From Paragordius varius (taxonomy: Eukaryota > Animalia > Nematomorpha): a DNA stretch of 64,000 nt. This document shows positions 13,665 to 26,700 of this stretch, one piece after another; position 1 is the stretch's first letter, and every line of letters starts with the position of its first letter. Made by a program: the position numbers and the translations under genes. Where the stretch lies: contig OZ176054.1 of the NCBI GenBank assembly GCA_964247055.1, positions 1,488,001-1,552,000 on the forward strand, in the 5' to 3' direction. The notes under the pieces were generated by a model that was not told the DNA's origin, made no database searches, and saw only the letters and a list, made by a program, of their open reading frames with translations.

Positions 13665-14111
13665 ATTTTAAGTATAGTAAGGAAATCAATTATTAAGCAA
13701 CAATACCAATATTATTTATCAATACACATACATATCCATTCGATTATTCATTAAAACAAAAAATTTCTATTTTTAGTAAATTAATTATTGGTGATCGTTT
13801 CATTCCCAATTTAGCAATCAATAAAACACACACACACACACACATACACTAAAATATAAATATTTTTTAATATATAATTACATACTTCTCATGAAATATA
13901 TCTATTTATGATGTTAAAAATTCGAAATTTCTAAATATAGAATTTTTTTTATCAAACCTTATCTATTTACAATAGGGGAGGAGGGGGTTACATATTAAAA
14001 AACAAAATGTTTCAATACTTCTCTTACATCCTATAAATTAACTTAAAACTATCCTCAATTTTATTTTTGTATTTTTTACACCTTTAATAGGAAATTATTT
14101 TTTTTAATACA

Positions 14112-17100
14112 ATGGCGAGTAACTTAGTTCTCCATATATTTGCTTTGATATGTTTCACTAAATTAATAATGCCGGGATTGTCGGATTTCGTTGGTAAATA
14201 CAAAATTTGTCAAATTTTATTAAATCATAAATATAATATTTTTTTACTTTCTAGTTTATACCGACTTGGATACTGGAACCTCTGAATCGATTCAAACGAG
14301 TACATCAATTAATTAAATTTTTATATATTATGTTTTCTGATTATTTTATTACTGATATATATTTATAGCACTGGAATTGTATGAAAATCAAACAGGTAGT
14401 CATATGTAAAATACTTGAAATAATTTGTAACATTCCATTAGATTACCATTTTTTTTGAATTATATTAAAACAAAAAAGATTAAAAAATATTATCAAAATA
14501 AATTGCACATTATGTGAAATGAACTGCAGATTTGTTCCATTTTATAAGGATTTCGAAATAGGGATGTTAGGCCGAATATTAATCAAACCATATTTTAGGG
14601 AAAAATTAATTGAACGAACAATTATAAACATAGTGATAAATAAAAATCTTAGCTGGCAGTATAACTGTATAGACATACAGGTATATATACATATTAAAAC
14701 CCAAATATTAGAAACAGCAGCTGGGTATAAAAAAATGGGTGTGTAAACCAATCATTATAATCATGTTTTTAACACATTTATAAATATAATATTTTCATAA
14801 TCTGAATGATGATAAAATAATAATTAAATTATCAAAATAGATGAAAGTCTTAATATAACCCCGTTTCCCAAAAATAAAAATAGGGATTAGAAATTAAAAA
14901 ATATGACAACATATTTTCTAGTTTGTTAATTATAATTACCGTATAGATTGGGCTATTTAAAAAATTCATAAACAGCGGCAAAAAAAACAATAAGTTTAGA
15001 TACGGGATAATTTGATAAAATCTATCATTGGTTATAATTACATTATATATTAACGTTTTATATAATTTAATTATTAATATAATATATATACATATATTAG
15101 AATTAATGGAAAAAAGTAATGTTTTTTCTTAATTCTTTTCTTAGATTACTAAAATACGGACAAAACGTAAAAATATAAAAAAAATCTAACGGACAACCCT
15201 ATTTTTTTAAACCAAAATTTATCCATTAAAAATCATTTAATTAAAATGGTAAAATACATGATTAATTATGTTACCAATTTTCATATCTATTTTATTTGTC
15301 TTTTAGAAAAAATATTTGTCCTTATATTTTTACGTTTTGTCCGTATAATTTCCATTTTTTCATAATATAATTTTTTATAATACATAGTCGATCGATGGAA
15401 CACTTCTCTCAAAAGTTTATTATATTTTTATTAATTGCAAATTAAATATTTGCCGTAGTTATAAATTTAATAATAATATAATATGATTATAAATTAGTTA
15501 ACGAGGATTTCATTATGCCCCTTCGTTATAAGATTTATTCGCTCGAAAATCGAGGTAGTTTTTCTTTTCTTTTTTAAATTACTTTTAATCATTCAAAATT
15601 AAATATTTTTTATTAAATTTATTTTTCCTCAAAAAAAGATATACAATGGTTTCCGAATCAGGTAATATATTTACAGAATACGCCTGGAATAATTATTGTT
15701 TAAATTGACTTTCTAATTAATAATAAGTTTTTCTAACAATATATATAATATTCTATAGCAATATCAATTTTACATATAATTTTTTAGTCCATAATTCAAT
15801 CAAGTTTATTTTATTATATTTCCTTGTTTTTTAATAAATAATATATGATTGATTTATACGTTTTGATTATAATTATTTAGTTTACAATTATTCCGATGCC
15901 GTTTTGGATGATTTAAGTAATTATTGACAAATATTGAATACAATAAAAACTTAAATAAAATGAAACATCAAAAGACTATCCCATACTTTTTAAACCTTAA
16001 TTTATTCCTGTATTATAATTTGTTTTCAATCGTAAAATATATAATTAATTGTTTCACCAATTTAGTTATATTTAAAAAATGTTTAAAAATAGTAAAGCGT
16101 CTTTTAAAAAAATATTTATTTTTATGTATTTACTTGTTGTTTGGATAATTTCAATTTCTGATGTATAATTAGTTGAGGATTTGCGAAAACTAAAAATCGA
16201 ATCACATTGCCGAACATACACGTTTGAAAGTAAATATTAATACCATTTACAGCTTAAATTCACCCTCAAACAATTCAAATTTATTCTAAAATAAACTGTT
16301 CCAATATTTAAAATTAACTATATTTTTAAAATATTATATGAAAATTTCGTTTAAAATTAATATAATGAAAAAATAATAAACTATGCTATAAAGTAAAATA
16401 TTTTATATTAATAATGATATATTTCTAACCGAAAACACATAAATATTTTTATGGTGAATGTGAATTGTTCAAGGGTGAATTTATGATGATTTTAAGCATT
16501 AATTTTTATTAAATATTAACCCATGTCTCATTATAACTATATTTTATTTTTATTTTTAATTTTTATATGCATTTTTGGCGCATAACAATATTCTGACTTT
16601 AAATTAGCATTTTTAAATAAATTTTATTTCGATAAATAAATTTATTATTTTTAGAAAATCTAATCAGTGAGGGAATGATGAATGGCTTATTAAGTAGATG
16701 TTCATTTTCCTAAACAATACTTTTAAAATTAATTATTTTAATTTTTAAATGTAGTTAAAGAAATATGGAGCATGTACACTTTAGGTAAATATTGTGGAAA
16801 AAAATATTTTATTTTTAATTTTAATTGTACAGGAATCCCTGATATCAGCAACATAAAAAAAACTCATCTCAAAAATAAAACATGCTATTTTTTGGCTATC
16901 GGCGAATACACTGAAAAGGAAATTTCAAAAAATTTTAATTTAAGTATAATATATATATTATTACTTTTTAAAATGGAATAATTCAAATTCCAATATTTAT
17001 TTGTATTACCTTCTCCATATTTAGCATCCTATAAAGCTACCTTACAAATTAAGGATGGTAACTTATTTTGTTATACAGTAAAAAAAATAAAATTATACGG

Positions 17101-20100
17101 TCAAAACGAAAAAATTTAAGGACATTTTTTATAAAATCCACCATACTTTTCTAACTGTGATTATTCCCGCACAATGATTTAATTACCGTGGTCAATTATT
17201 TTTAACAATTTGAAAATCTATTATTTATTTCAGAAGATTAGTTATATTTAATAATAATATTCTGATAAAATTATTTGTCGTTAAAATTTAAGTTTCGTCT
17301 GCATAATTTCAATTTTTAATTAATATATAATTATTTTATCATTCATTTATTTCCACCAATAGATAAAGAATATTACTACGTGATTCGCAATTTCACATAT
17401 TTGGGTAAAATTAATTTTAACTTTTTTTTCAAACATTTTATTTCCAACATTTTTAAAAATGTATATATTATAGATTATCCACACCGAGCCAATATATGTC
17501 CTATTCAACAATCTCCATTGGATTACGCAACCTTTGGTATAATATTTTTATATCGATATTCGAAAATTTTTTATGATGATTATTTCAAATTGCCTTAACT
17601 ATCTTTTTAGTTAACAGGAATTCAATGTACAACATGCACCATCCTATAATTCATGCCAGGGGTAAACCTTATTCTAATTTTGTTAATATTAGTTATATAC
17701 CTGGGTTTCCCTTTTTTGTCCCATATAAGACTATATTCGCCTTTTAAAATTTTAATTCTATAAAAAATCAGCCAAGGTCAAAAAGTTGTTGATACATTAA
17801 ATTTGATAAAAAAAAAATTTTAAATTTTGAGATACTCCATTATTATAATCTTATATCAGTTTTTATCAATGTACCGTTTCCGCTAAAACATAATTAATTT
17901 TGTGTCAATTTTACCATAGCCTTATTTTCTTGTCGAAATATATGGTTTATAACGGTTTAAACCATTGTTAGATATCGGGCTTTGGGTTTTATGTATTCGG
18001 TGCGTTCATTTTGTTGAAAACTGCATAACAATAAGAAGATTGGACTTTCCAACACTTGAAATTTTCATAAATATCTATATAAAATATATGTATACATATA
18101 TATATATATATAGATTATAAACATTAATATATAATTGCCATAGATTATGATGCATTGATGGGACTTAGAGGTAATGCATATATCTTATTTCACTATTAAT
18201 TTTTTTTTAAATAAAATATTTATTTATCATGTCAATAGAACGATTGATTAGAGGTATAAAATTCAAAAATGAGAAATAATTATTTTTTCACTTGTCAATA
18301 TTTTAAAATAAATTATTATTATATAGGAAATAATTGGAAAAATTCTTCAAGAGGTAATTTAAAATTTATATAATATCGTTCCTTATTTAACGCAAAAACT
18401 AATACATATCTAATATTTTTAGCATTTCCAAACGAAAATTTTGAGATAACTCTCTTTTACAATCTGCATTACTTTCCACATCAAGGTACTTATTTTATTA
18501 TTTAAATTTCTTGATTATATATATATATATATTATTTATTTATTCCTTATTAGAAATGTTACCCAATTTTAAGGTAAAAGTTGTAATTTTAAATCAATTA
18601 AAATATATTTTATTAAAACAGTCAAGTTATGAAACACGTATGTATCTGACCCCTATTTTCATATATTTCATTTTTTATATATATACTTAAGGATTTCGGA
18701 TTTAATTAAAACCCATAGGGATCACAACCTTAATTTAAGATCATGTAATGCTCTAAAAATTTATTTACCCTTATAAGCTTTTTAATGATATGTATTTTAT
18801 ATTAAATCCAGAAAATGATATATTTTTTTAATATTCATATTTTTATTTGCAGTTGGTCAATTTTATAAAATGCATGATGCAGAAATAACAAATTCCCTTT
18901 TATAATCAAAAAATAATTTCGTTTTTTCATCGGGGAACATTCGAGATTATTGAATTGAAAATGATTTTTTTTGGTTGTGAGCTCAAACTATTTATGCCAA
19001 CTTAATTTAACCTGTTTTTTATAATTTAAAGTTTTACTATCACAAAAAATATCGTTTATATTAATAAAAAATATAGATATTTTCATTTTATTAAAACCAA
19101 CTATTGCTAAAATTTTATTATTATTGTATTTAGTTATCAATTATACGGAATCCGTTATGAAAAATCTAAGTAATTTGAAATAATTTTATTAATTAATTTT
19201 AAATTATATTATATTTACATATAGCTAAACATTCACATTCACCCTATTATCAAAGCTATTATTTTTCAAGTGATTTAATTTTTAAACATTTATATGCTAC
19301 TTTATATTTTAACCCAAAATTAACGCTTATTTTATTTTGCAGAACGTTTTCCATCCCAGGGAAAGTTGAATGGATCACAAAGTAATATTGAAACCAAATT
19401 TAACAAAATTTAAATTTTGGATTTATGGAGTTTTCATAAAACTATTTTTTTATATCCTTTTACTTATCATATAGTACAAGAAATATCGCAATTATATGGT
19501 AAAATATTGAAATTTATTCACTTATCTATCAACTATCAATGCTTTTCATTCGCTATTTAGATATGTTTGCTAATGAGCTGCAAGAATTTACAAAAACTCC
19601 AAACGCACAAAATTCAGAAAACAGAACATGTTATTATTTAACGTTTGGGCGGAGCATTGATGACCCCTTACCTAAATATTTTTCCAACCGTAGAGGTTAA
19701 TACTTACATTTTATTAGTCGCCTTAATTGAGTAAAATAAGTTTTACTAAAAAATATATTTATAAACGCATTTGTCGTATCTTATGAAAAAAACCAATTAA
19801 AATTTGGATATAATCTTTTCTCACAAAAAAATATTTATCAAAGTTAATAATTTTACCCGATTAATTTAACTATTAGATTCGTCATCATTTTTTGACTAAT
19901 AAAAGCTTAATTCTTATAATATTAAATAACTTTAATATCTGTAGATCTTGTCAATAAACTGTCGGAATTACGGACGGAATCTCTGAAAAAAGGTATAATA
20001 TGAGATTATTGTCCTTTCTTCCAAAATATAAATATATTATTAAATTTGTATAGATACCCCTTACGATTACATTGTTCGGAAAACGACATACCAAGGTAAC

Positions 20101-23100
20101 TCTATTTAAATCAACATATATCTATTATATAAATTTTATTCATTTGTTTTATGTAAATTCAACCGAAAAATATTTTATAATTTTCTAACACTATCAATTT
20201 TACAGAAGAAACACATATGCCAAAATTGTGCCCAATCTCATTGTCGCCCAATATCAATAATTCTAATAAAGGTATATATTTGTTTAAAATCAATATTTTA
20301 AAAATAATATGCAATAACCGCCTTGAACTTGAATTTCAAATTAAGATATTTATACCATACAATATATAATGTTTAAATCCGTAATATTTATTTAAAATAA
20401 ATTTTTACTTTTAAAAAGATATATGCTTGAATTAGAGGCGCCCCACAAATTGCTTAACTGTCGCATTTTTAGAAAATAAAAAAAGAATACGAAAACAATA
20501 CACACTATTATTTTCCATTTACTTGTTATTCCGTTCCCAAAAACAGTCGTAAATGAAAATATTAACCTTTAAGAACCAATTATTTTACTTTATATTCCAT
20601 CAATAAAATGAAAATAATTTAAAATTTGACTCTTTATCGAACAACTAATGTGGTCTTCTTAGAATCCAAACAATAGATATATTTTTCTGGCCTAATTACA
20701 AAATTTTGATTTTTCTCATTTAACGCATGGGACACCGCTTACAGTTTGCGCATAGAAAAATACGTTAGCCTGCTACCTTGTTATTGGGTTAACCTTAAAT
20801 TGGGCTTCATTACAAAATTATATATATATTTTTCAAATTGTCATCGAAATTTAAAATATTAATCATAATTAATTAATTGTTATATTTATGCTATGTTAGA
20901 TCATTTGAAAATACAATTAAAATCAAATATATTGCCGACAATGCGTCCGAATGCCAAAACACATGGTAAGTATTTGAAAGTTTGAATTTCCAAAATAAAA
21001 ATATATATGTTATAAAGAAATATTAAACACCTAACGGGAAATTATATCCCATCTATTAGAGTAAACCGCTAATATTAAATTTACTTACGTTATACGGCCA
21101 ATATTAGGCATTTAAGGCCCCCCGCCAGGTTTAATGCGGTTTATAGCCTAATGTCCGGCGCTTATTTTAAAAATCATTTTCGCAATTTATTCTTTAAAAA
21201 GAAGTCAATACAATGTATTAACATTACCATAAAAATATATATATTTTTGATTATTTGTTAAATCAAATATCCATAATTCCAAAAATACATAATAATACTG
21301 TCGTTCAAAAACGTATTGTTTGATATCCATGACGGATGGTCAATAAGCTAATAAAATAATTCACACCTCTGTAATATATTTTATAAATAAAACATATCAA
21401 ACACTAACTATAGAACCTCTTATCAAAGTAGTGTGACTTAAAAACTAAGAATTTGATGATATGAAAATATTTAATGTAATTGTCTATATATATAAAAATT
21501 TAAAAATTCATCGAAAAAGACGAAAATTTAAGTTTAACCCTGATTCATATCAAATTAAATATATATATATTTTAGATTCCAAGGAACTTAGGAATCTCAA
21601 AGGTAATCAAATAATTTTTTAAATATATATTTTTTTAAATATTTTTTTTAATTTAGAACGTCTAATCACAGGTAAAAAATATATTCAAATGGAATTCTTT
21701 TCTAATTTTTCGTATTATAATGTATCGTAATTTAATAATAAAAAACCGTAATAATCCCAATAATAATTTATTTGACACTATAAATGCTTTCTATATTAGG
21801 AAATAATTGGAAAAATCAATCAAAAGGTATTATATTATGTTAATTATTTAAAATTTTTTACAAAATATGAGGATTGTGTTTATAATATAAAATAAAATAG
21901 TTTTAATATTATATATATATAAATACTTTAAAGCTTCACCCAACGTAAATTATGTAATAACCCTGGCCTACAATATACATTACTTTGAAAACCAAGGTAT
22001 AAATACCTTTATTTTTTTCGTTTTGTCGCAATATTATACCCTAATATTTTTATTTACCTTTTCTAGAACTCTTGCCTGAATTTAACGTAAGATTAAATAA
22101 ATTTATTTAAAACAATTTTAAATTTATGTCCCTACAGTCTAGTTATGAAACACGTAAGTTTATTTAGATAATTAAAAATCTTTCAAAATATTCCGTTTTA
22201 TTATATTTGAAATATAATGATTCAGTTTGGATTACATGTAACATATAACAATGTGGTCAATTAATTTTGTAAAATAATGAAATGTTAAATAATTTTGCAA
22301 CTTAGTTTATCATCTTATATGCAAATCCCGGGGTCCTCCCAATTTTACAACTAATAGAGCTCATATTTAACTTCAGACTTTTAATTATCCAATATTTTTA
22401 ATAATTGAAACAAAAACATGAATTTAAATGATATGAGTTATAAAATTCTTAAGGCTGCTGGCATTATACCATAGCAACTTATTTAATATACTCTAATTGC
22501 ATATTAAAAGGATAGCTATGTGTTATCTTTATTGCTATTTTGAAACTTAAATATGTAACTGTTGAAATTGTTTTGCCTCACTAAATATTTTAAAAAATTT
22601 GTAGTTATTATATTAATCAAATTTTTTGCTCATTACAAATTAATTCCGCCCATCATTATTTAAAAAGAATAATGTTATATTTCGCTTCAAATTGGGGTTA
22701 CTAAATACCCCATAATAATTTAATTTGGTTTTTCAAAAAAAATTAATAAAACGGTCTCAATTTCAAATTAATATTTAAAAAAATTTGATTTTGATGAAAA
22801 AATATATATATCACTACTTCGACGCCATTTTTATTCAATTTTTAATATTTTAAAGGCTATTTATTTGAATAACATCTAAAATTTAAACAAAATGAAAAAG
22901 AAGTTTGTTTGCATTATATTTGATAAATTGCTAAATTTTCACTTTTGAGTTTTACCTTACAATATGTAATTTCAAGTATTTTGAATAAGATTTTGTTATA
23001 TTTCGGTTCATCATTGTTATATAAGTATAAATTTTTGTCATGGCTTCAATTCCTTCCATATTTTTTGAAGTATTCGATTTTAAACAAGCCTGGGGTATCC

Positions 23101-23355
23101 AATTACCCCAATTTTAATCAAAGGACGGAAATGACTGTGCTATATCCATGTTGTGTTTATAAAGTCGTATCATTTAAATAACATCTTTTTTTGTTATTAG
23201 CAAAGAATGTTTACGGTTAACCATATCCAAAATATTTTTAAATATTAAATAATGATATATTTCTTTTAACCGTTTTAGTTATCAACTATACGGATTCAAT
23301 TATGCCAAACATAAGTAATTATCAATTTATATAATAAATTATTATTTATTTAATA

Positions 23356-23393
<38 letters not shown>

Positions 23394-23752
23394 GATGAAT
23401 CAGTTTGGCTCTATTATCAAACCTATTATTTTGAAAGTAATTTTAGTTTTTTTTCAAAAAATTTAAATCGAATATAACACCATTTTTTTTATAGAACGCT
23501 TCCCTTCTCAAGGAAGACTCAATGGTTCTCAAAGTAAAAATTTTTTATTTTACCTTAAAATCAAAGGGTTTATTTTTCATCTTTTAAATAGCATTTTTAC
23601 AAAAACTCGAACCAACTTTTATTAGAAATATAACATGATTTACATAAGCGCCAAAAATACTAATTTTTATTAAAATTTACACTTATTTATGGGCGGAAAA
23701 CGCTAGAGATAATTATTTAGATTAAACCAATAGGTTCCCAAAACGTATAAAC

Positions 23753-23795
<43 letters not shown>

Positions 23796-26700
23796 ATTTG
23801 TACTTCAAGAGTCTCCTCAATACTTTAAATTCGCCCTCGAACAATTTAAATTCACCTGAAAATAAATTATGTTTTTTTAAGCAGCTAATAAAACTGATCA
23901 TTAGTAAAATAAATATTCTTATGCCATAATTTATTATTTTTCAGTACTATATTAATTTAAAACAAATTAAAAAATATAAAAAAATATAGGTAATTTTTAA
24001 TTTTTAAAAACACAAAATTAATTTTAGACTGAATTTAAATCGTTTAAAAACTAACTTGAATTGTTCAAGGGTAAATTTGGATTATTTAAGGGTGAAATTT
24101 GAATTGTTCAAGGGTAAATTTTAACTCTAAATGGTATATTCAAGATAGAGAGGGAGCGCTTTCTAAAAAATAAAATGAAAAGTACCGATTTTAGGTATGG
24201 TAAATTATATCCTGATAAAATTATCAGAAAAATATCATAATTTTCAGGGTCCCTAGCAAAATTTAAAGTCATCATGGGCCCCGAATACAATTTATGTCAT
24301 AACTCATTCGAGATTAGGAAAAAAGAGACTTTAAACACATAATAATAATATTTACTTGAGTAATTATTTTTTTATTGTTATTTAGTAAATGAAATCTCAT
24401 TACTATATGGTAATATAATATATTTCATAAATAATCATCTCATGTAAAAATATACCTAATGGTATGTAAATGGCAACAATATATAGATTATAATGCTGAC
24501 ATGCAAAAGGAAGATGATCTTCTGATCAAATACAACCCTCAAAGTACAGAAAACAAAACTTGTTATTATATGACGTTTGGGCGCAACATTAATAAATCAT
24601 TGCCTTACTATATTTCTAAACGTGATGGTTAGAATTTTACATTAACTTTTGTTTTTTTGGGATTAAAAATTAAATTTTTCAAAATTTAAAAGTTTTACAA
24701 ATTTTCCATTGAATCTCAAAAAATTGTATCCTACATCGTAATTAAAAACCGTTATTAATGTTTTATTTGGTAAAATTTCACATAATAATTATATTTTTTT
24801 GTGTAGATCTTCTTGCCAGATTACGAAACCTGCGCACTGAAACTCTTCAAAAAGGTACGCTCTTATTTTTGTTTCAAATATATAATATTTTAATTTATTG
24901 TCAATATTATAGATATGCCCTATGACTATATCGTTCGTCATACAACCTATCTCGGTAAGAATTATATTGTAAATAAAATTTTTTATTTAATTTTGGGCAT
25001 TTTAACAGATCAATCCTTTATTCCCAATCTATGCCCCATTCAAGTTATTGAAGAAACATTGCCATCCAATAAGACATCTAATAAAGGTATGTTCATTGAC
25101 TTTTCATTCATTTTTTAATACTTTAAATAGGTTTTAGAACTTAAATTTATATATTTAATATAGTAGTTTCAGCAGCAGCTCAAAATATAAACGTAACTGC
25201 AAATTCCACAAAAGGTCCATATAATTTGGATCAAATATCCGAACCACAAATCCTTAGTAAAACACTACTGGAATATATTTATTAAATATGTTTTAAAACT
25301 ACGCAGTTTATACTATTTAATAAATTAACTGATAAAAATATGATTGTGTTTTTAAAATAAACTACCAACATTCTTAAAAATTTTTGAACTTGAAACTTAG
25401 TGTATATTTAGTTTAGTTGATTTTCCGATCGATATTTAGATGGCTCAATCGAATCAACGATGGTAGCCTTGCCCTCAACTATATCACCAGAAAACAAAGC
25501 ACAAAGTAATATTATAGTATAAACAATTTTAAGAGTTAAAATTTTGAAATTAATACGGTTGGTGTTCTAATAAATATCATAAGTTCCCAATCCCTTTTTG
25601 ATAGTTATAACAGGGCAATTAAATATACGACGTTCAATAATTTAAATTTCATTTTGAATGAGGCCTAAAACTATGTTTATGTAGTTTATTTATAAAAAGT
25701 ATCAACATAACTTGATTTCCTGGGATTTTGACCTGTTAATACACGGTATGAATCTTATGCATAATGTCCTCTACGGTCTAGCCAATCAATTATAACACAA
25801 CGAAATCATATTTTATTAATAGGAAAAATTCCATTTTTCTATCAAATGTGTTTACTAATCTTCTTTTTTCAAAAATTATTCCCTTTTTTGAAAAATTATT
25901 CCTTAATTTATCCTTTTATTAGTTTAAGTTATGTTAAAATTTCTACGTTTATTCGTTTAGTGGTGATTGCAGGTAATTTGAATCAGATTTAATTATGTTG
26001 TCGTTTGGTATTATAATTGAATGTCACTCTACAAATAAATAATTTCTTTATTTTCCAGGGGCGGCGCTTACAGGCATAGCTGGTAAATATTGTTTTTTTG
26101 CTCTTTATTCCAAACAATTACATAACAGCAATTTTGCATTGCACTGTATTTAAGAGTATGGAATAGAGATGTACATTGGTATCCCACAATCATTTATTAC
26201 AGTATTCACCTTTTTATTAGCCAATTCAAATTATTTTTGGCCATTTGGCTATACATTAATGTATGGATTAAAATTAACATAGTTAAAATTAAACATTCTT
26301 TTCCAATCCTACAACATTTAATTTGTTTATATTATTAATATGTTATAATCATACGTTCCCGTATTCCTAATTGAACAGCAATAAATGTGCATATTATCTG
26401 TATATCGAAATTTTTACTGTAATATATGTATATGTATATGTATAGCTACGGGTGTAGCAATCGGGACAGCGACCGGAACAGCTGCAGCCTCAGCTGGAAC
26501 CGGTCTTGTGGTTGAAGGGGGAACTGCTTTGGCCGCTGGAGCTGAGACCGCTTTTGAATCTCTCACAGCTGGAAGTGAGACCTCTTTAGAATCTCTGACA
26601 GCTTCTTCAAGTTCTTCAAGTTCATCCTCGTCCTCTACGGCGGCGCTTACACAAGCCAACAGAGTCATCAGCAAGGGAACTACCAAAGTAGTAGTTTCAT

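Larger units (their letters stand above)
14369..25256 (+). repeat. Three tandem 15-exon cassettes (A 14369-17661, B 18144-20965, C 21576-25256)
   Basis: Exon lengths A 27,15,27,57,23,16,36,57,39,30,111,33,42,63,51; B 27,15,27,63,20,16,36,45,39,24,135,48,42,66,66; C 27,15,27,63,20,16,36,45,39,24,141,48,42,78,93. Homologous peptides include ERLIR/ERLIT, GNNWKNSSR/GNNWKNQSK, KRFPSQGKLNGSQ/KRFPSQGRLNGSQ, NKTCYFLAIG/NRTCYYLTFG/NKTCYYMTFG, YYYVIRNFTY/YDYIVRKTTY/YDYIVRHTTY and ICP/LCP/LCP. Confidence 0.9.

Noticed and set aside
14519-14751. Overlapping 75-aa and 69-aa ORFs in intron 3 of the micro-exon gene
   Set aside because: No phase-compatible splice sites and no counterpart in cassettes B or C.
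18853-18960. Candidate exon after a good TTGCAG acceptor
   Set aside because: In-frame stop in phase 1, no donor, and no homologue in the other cassettes.
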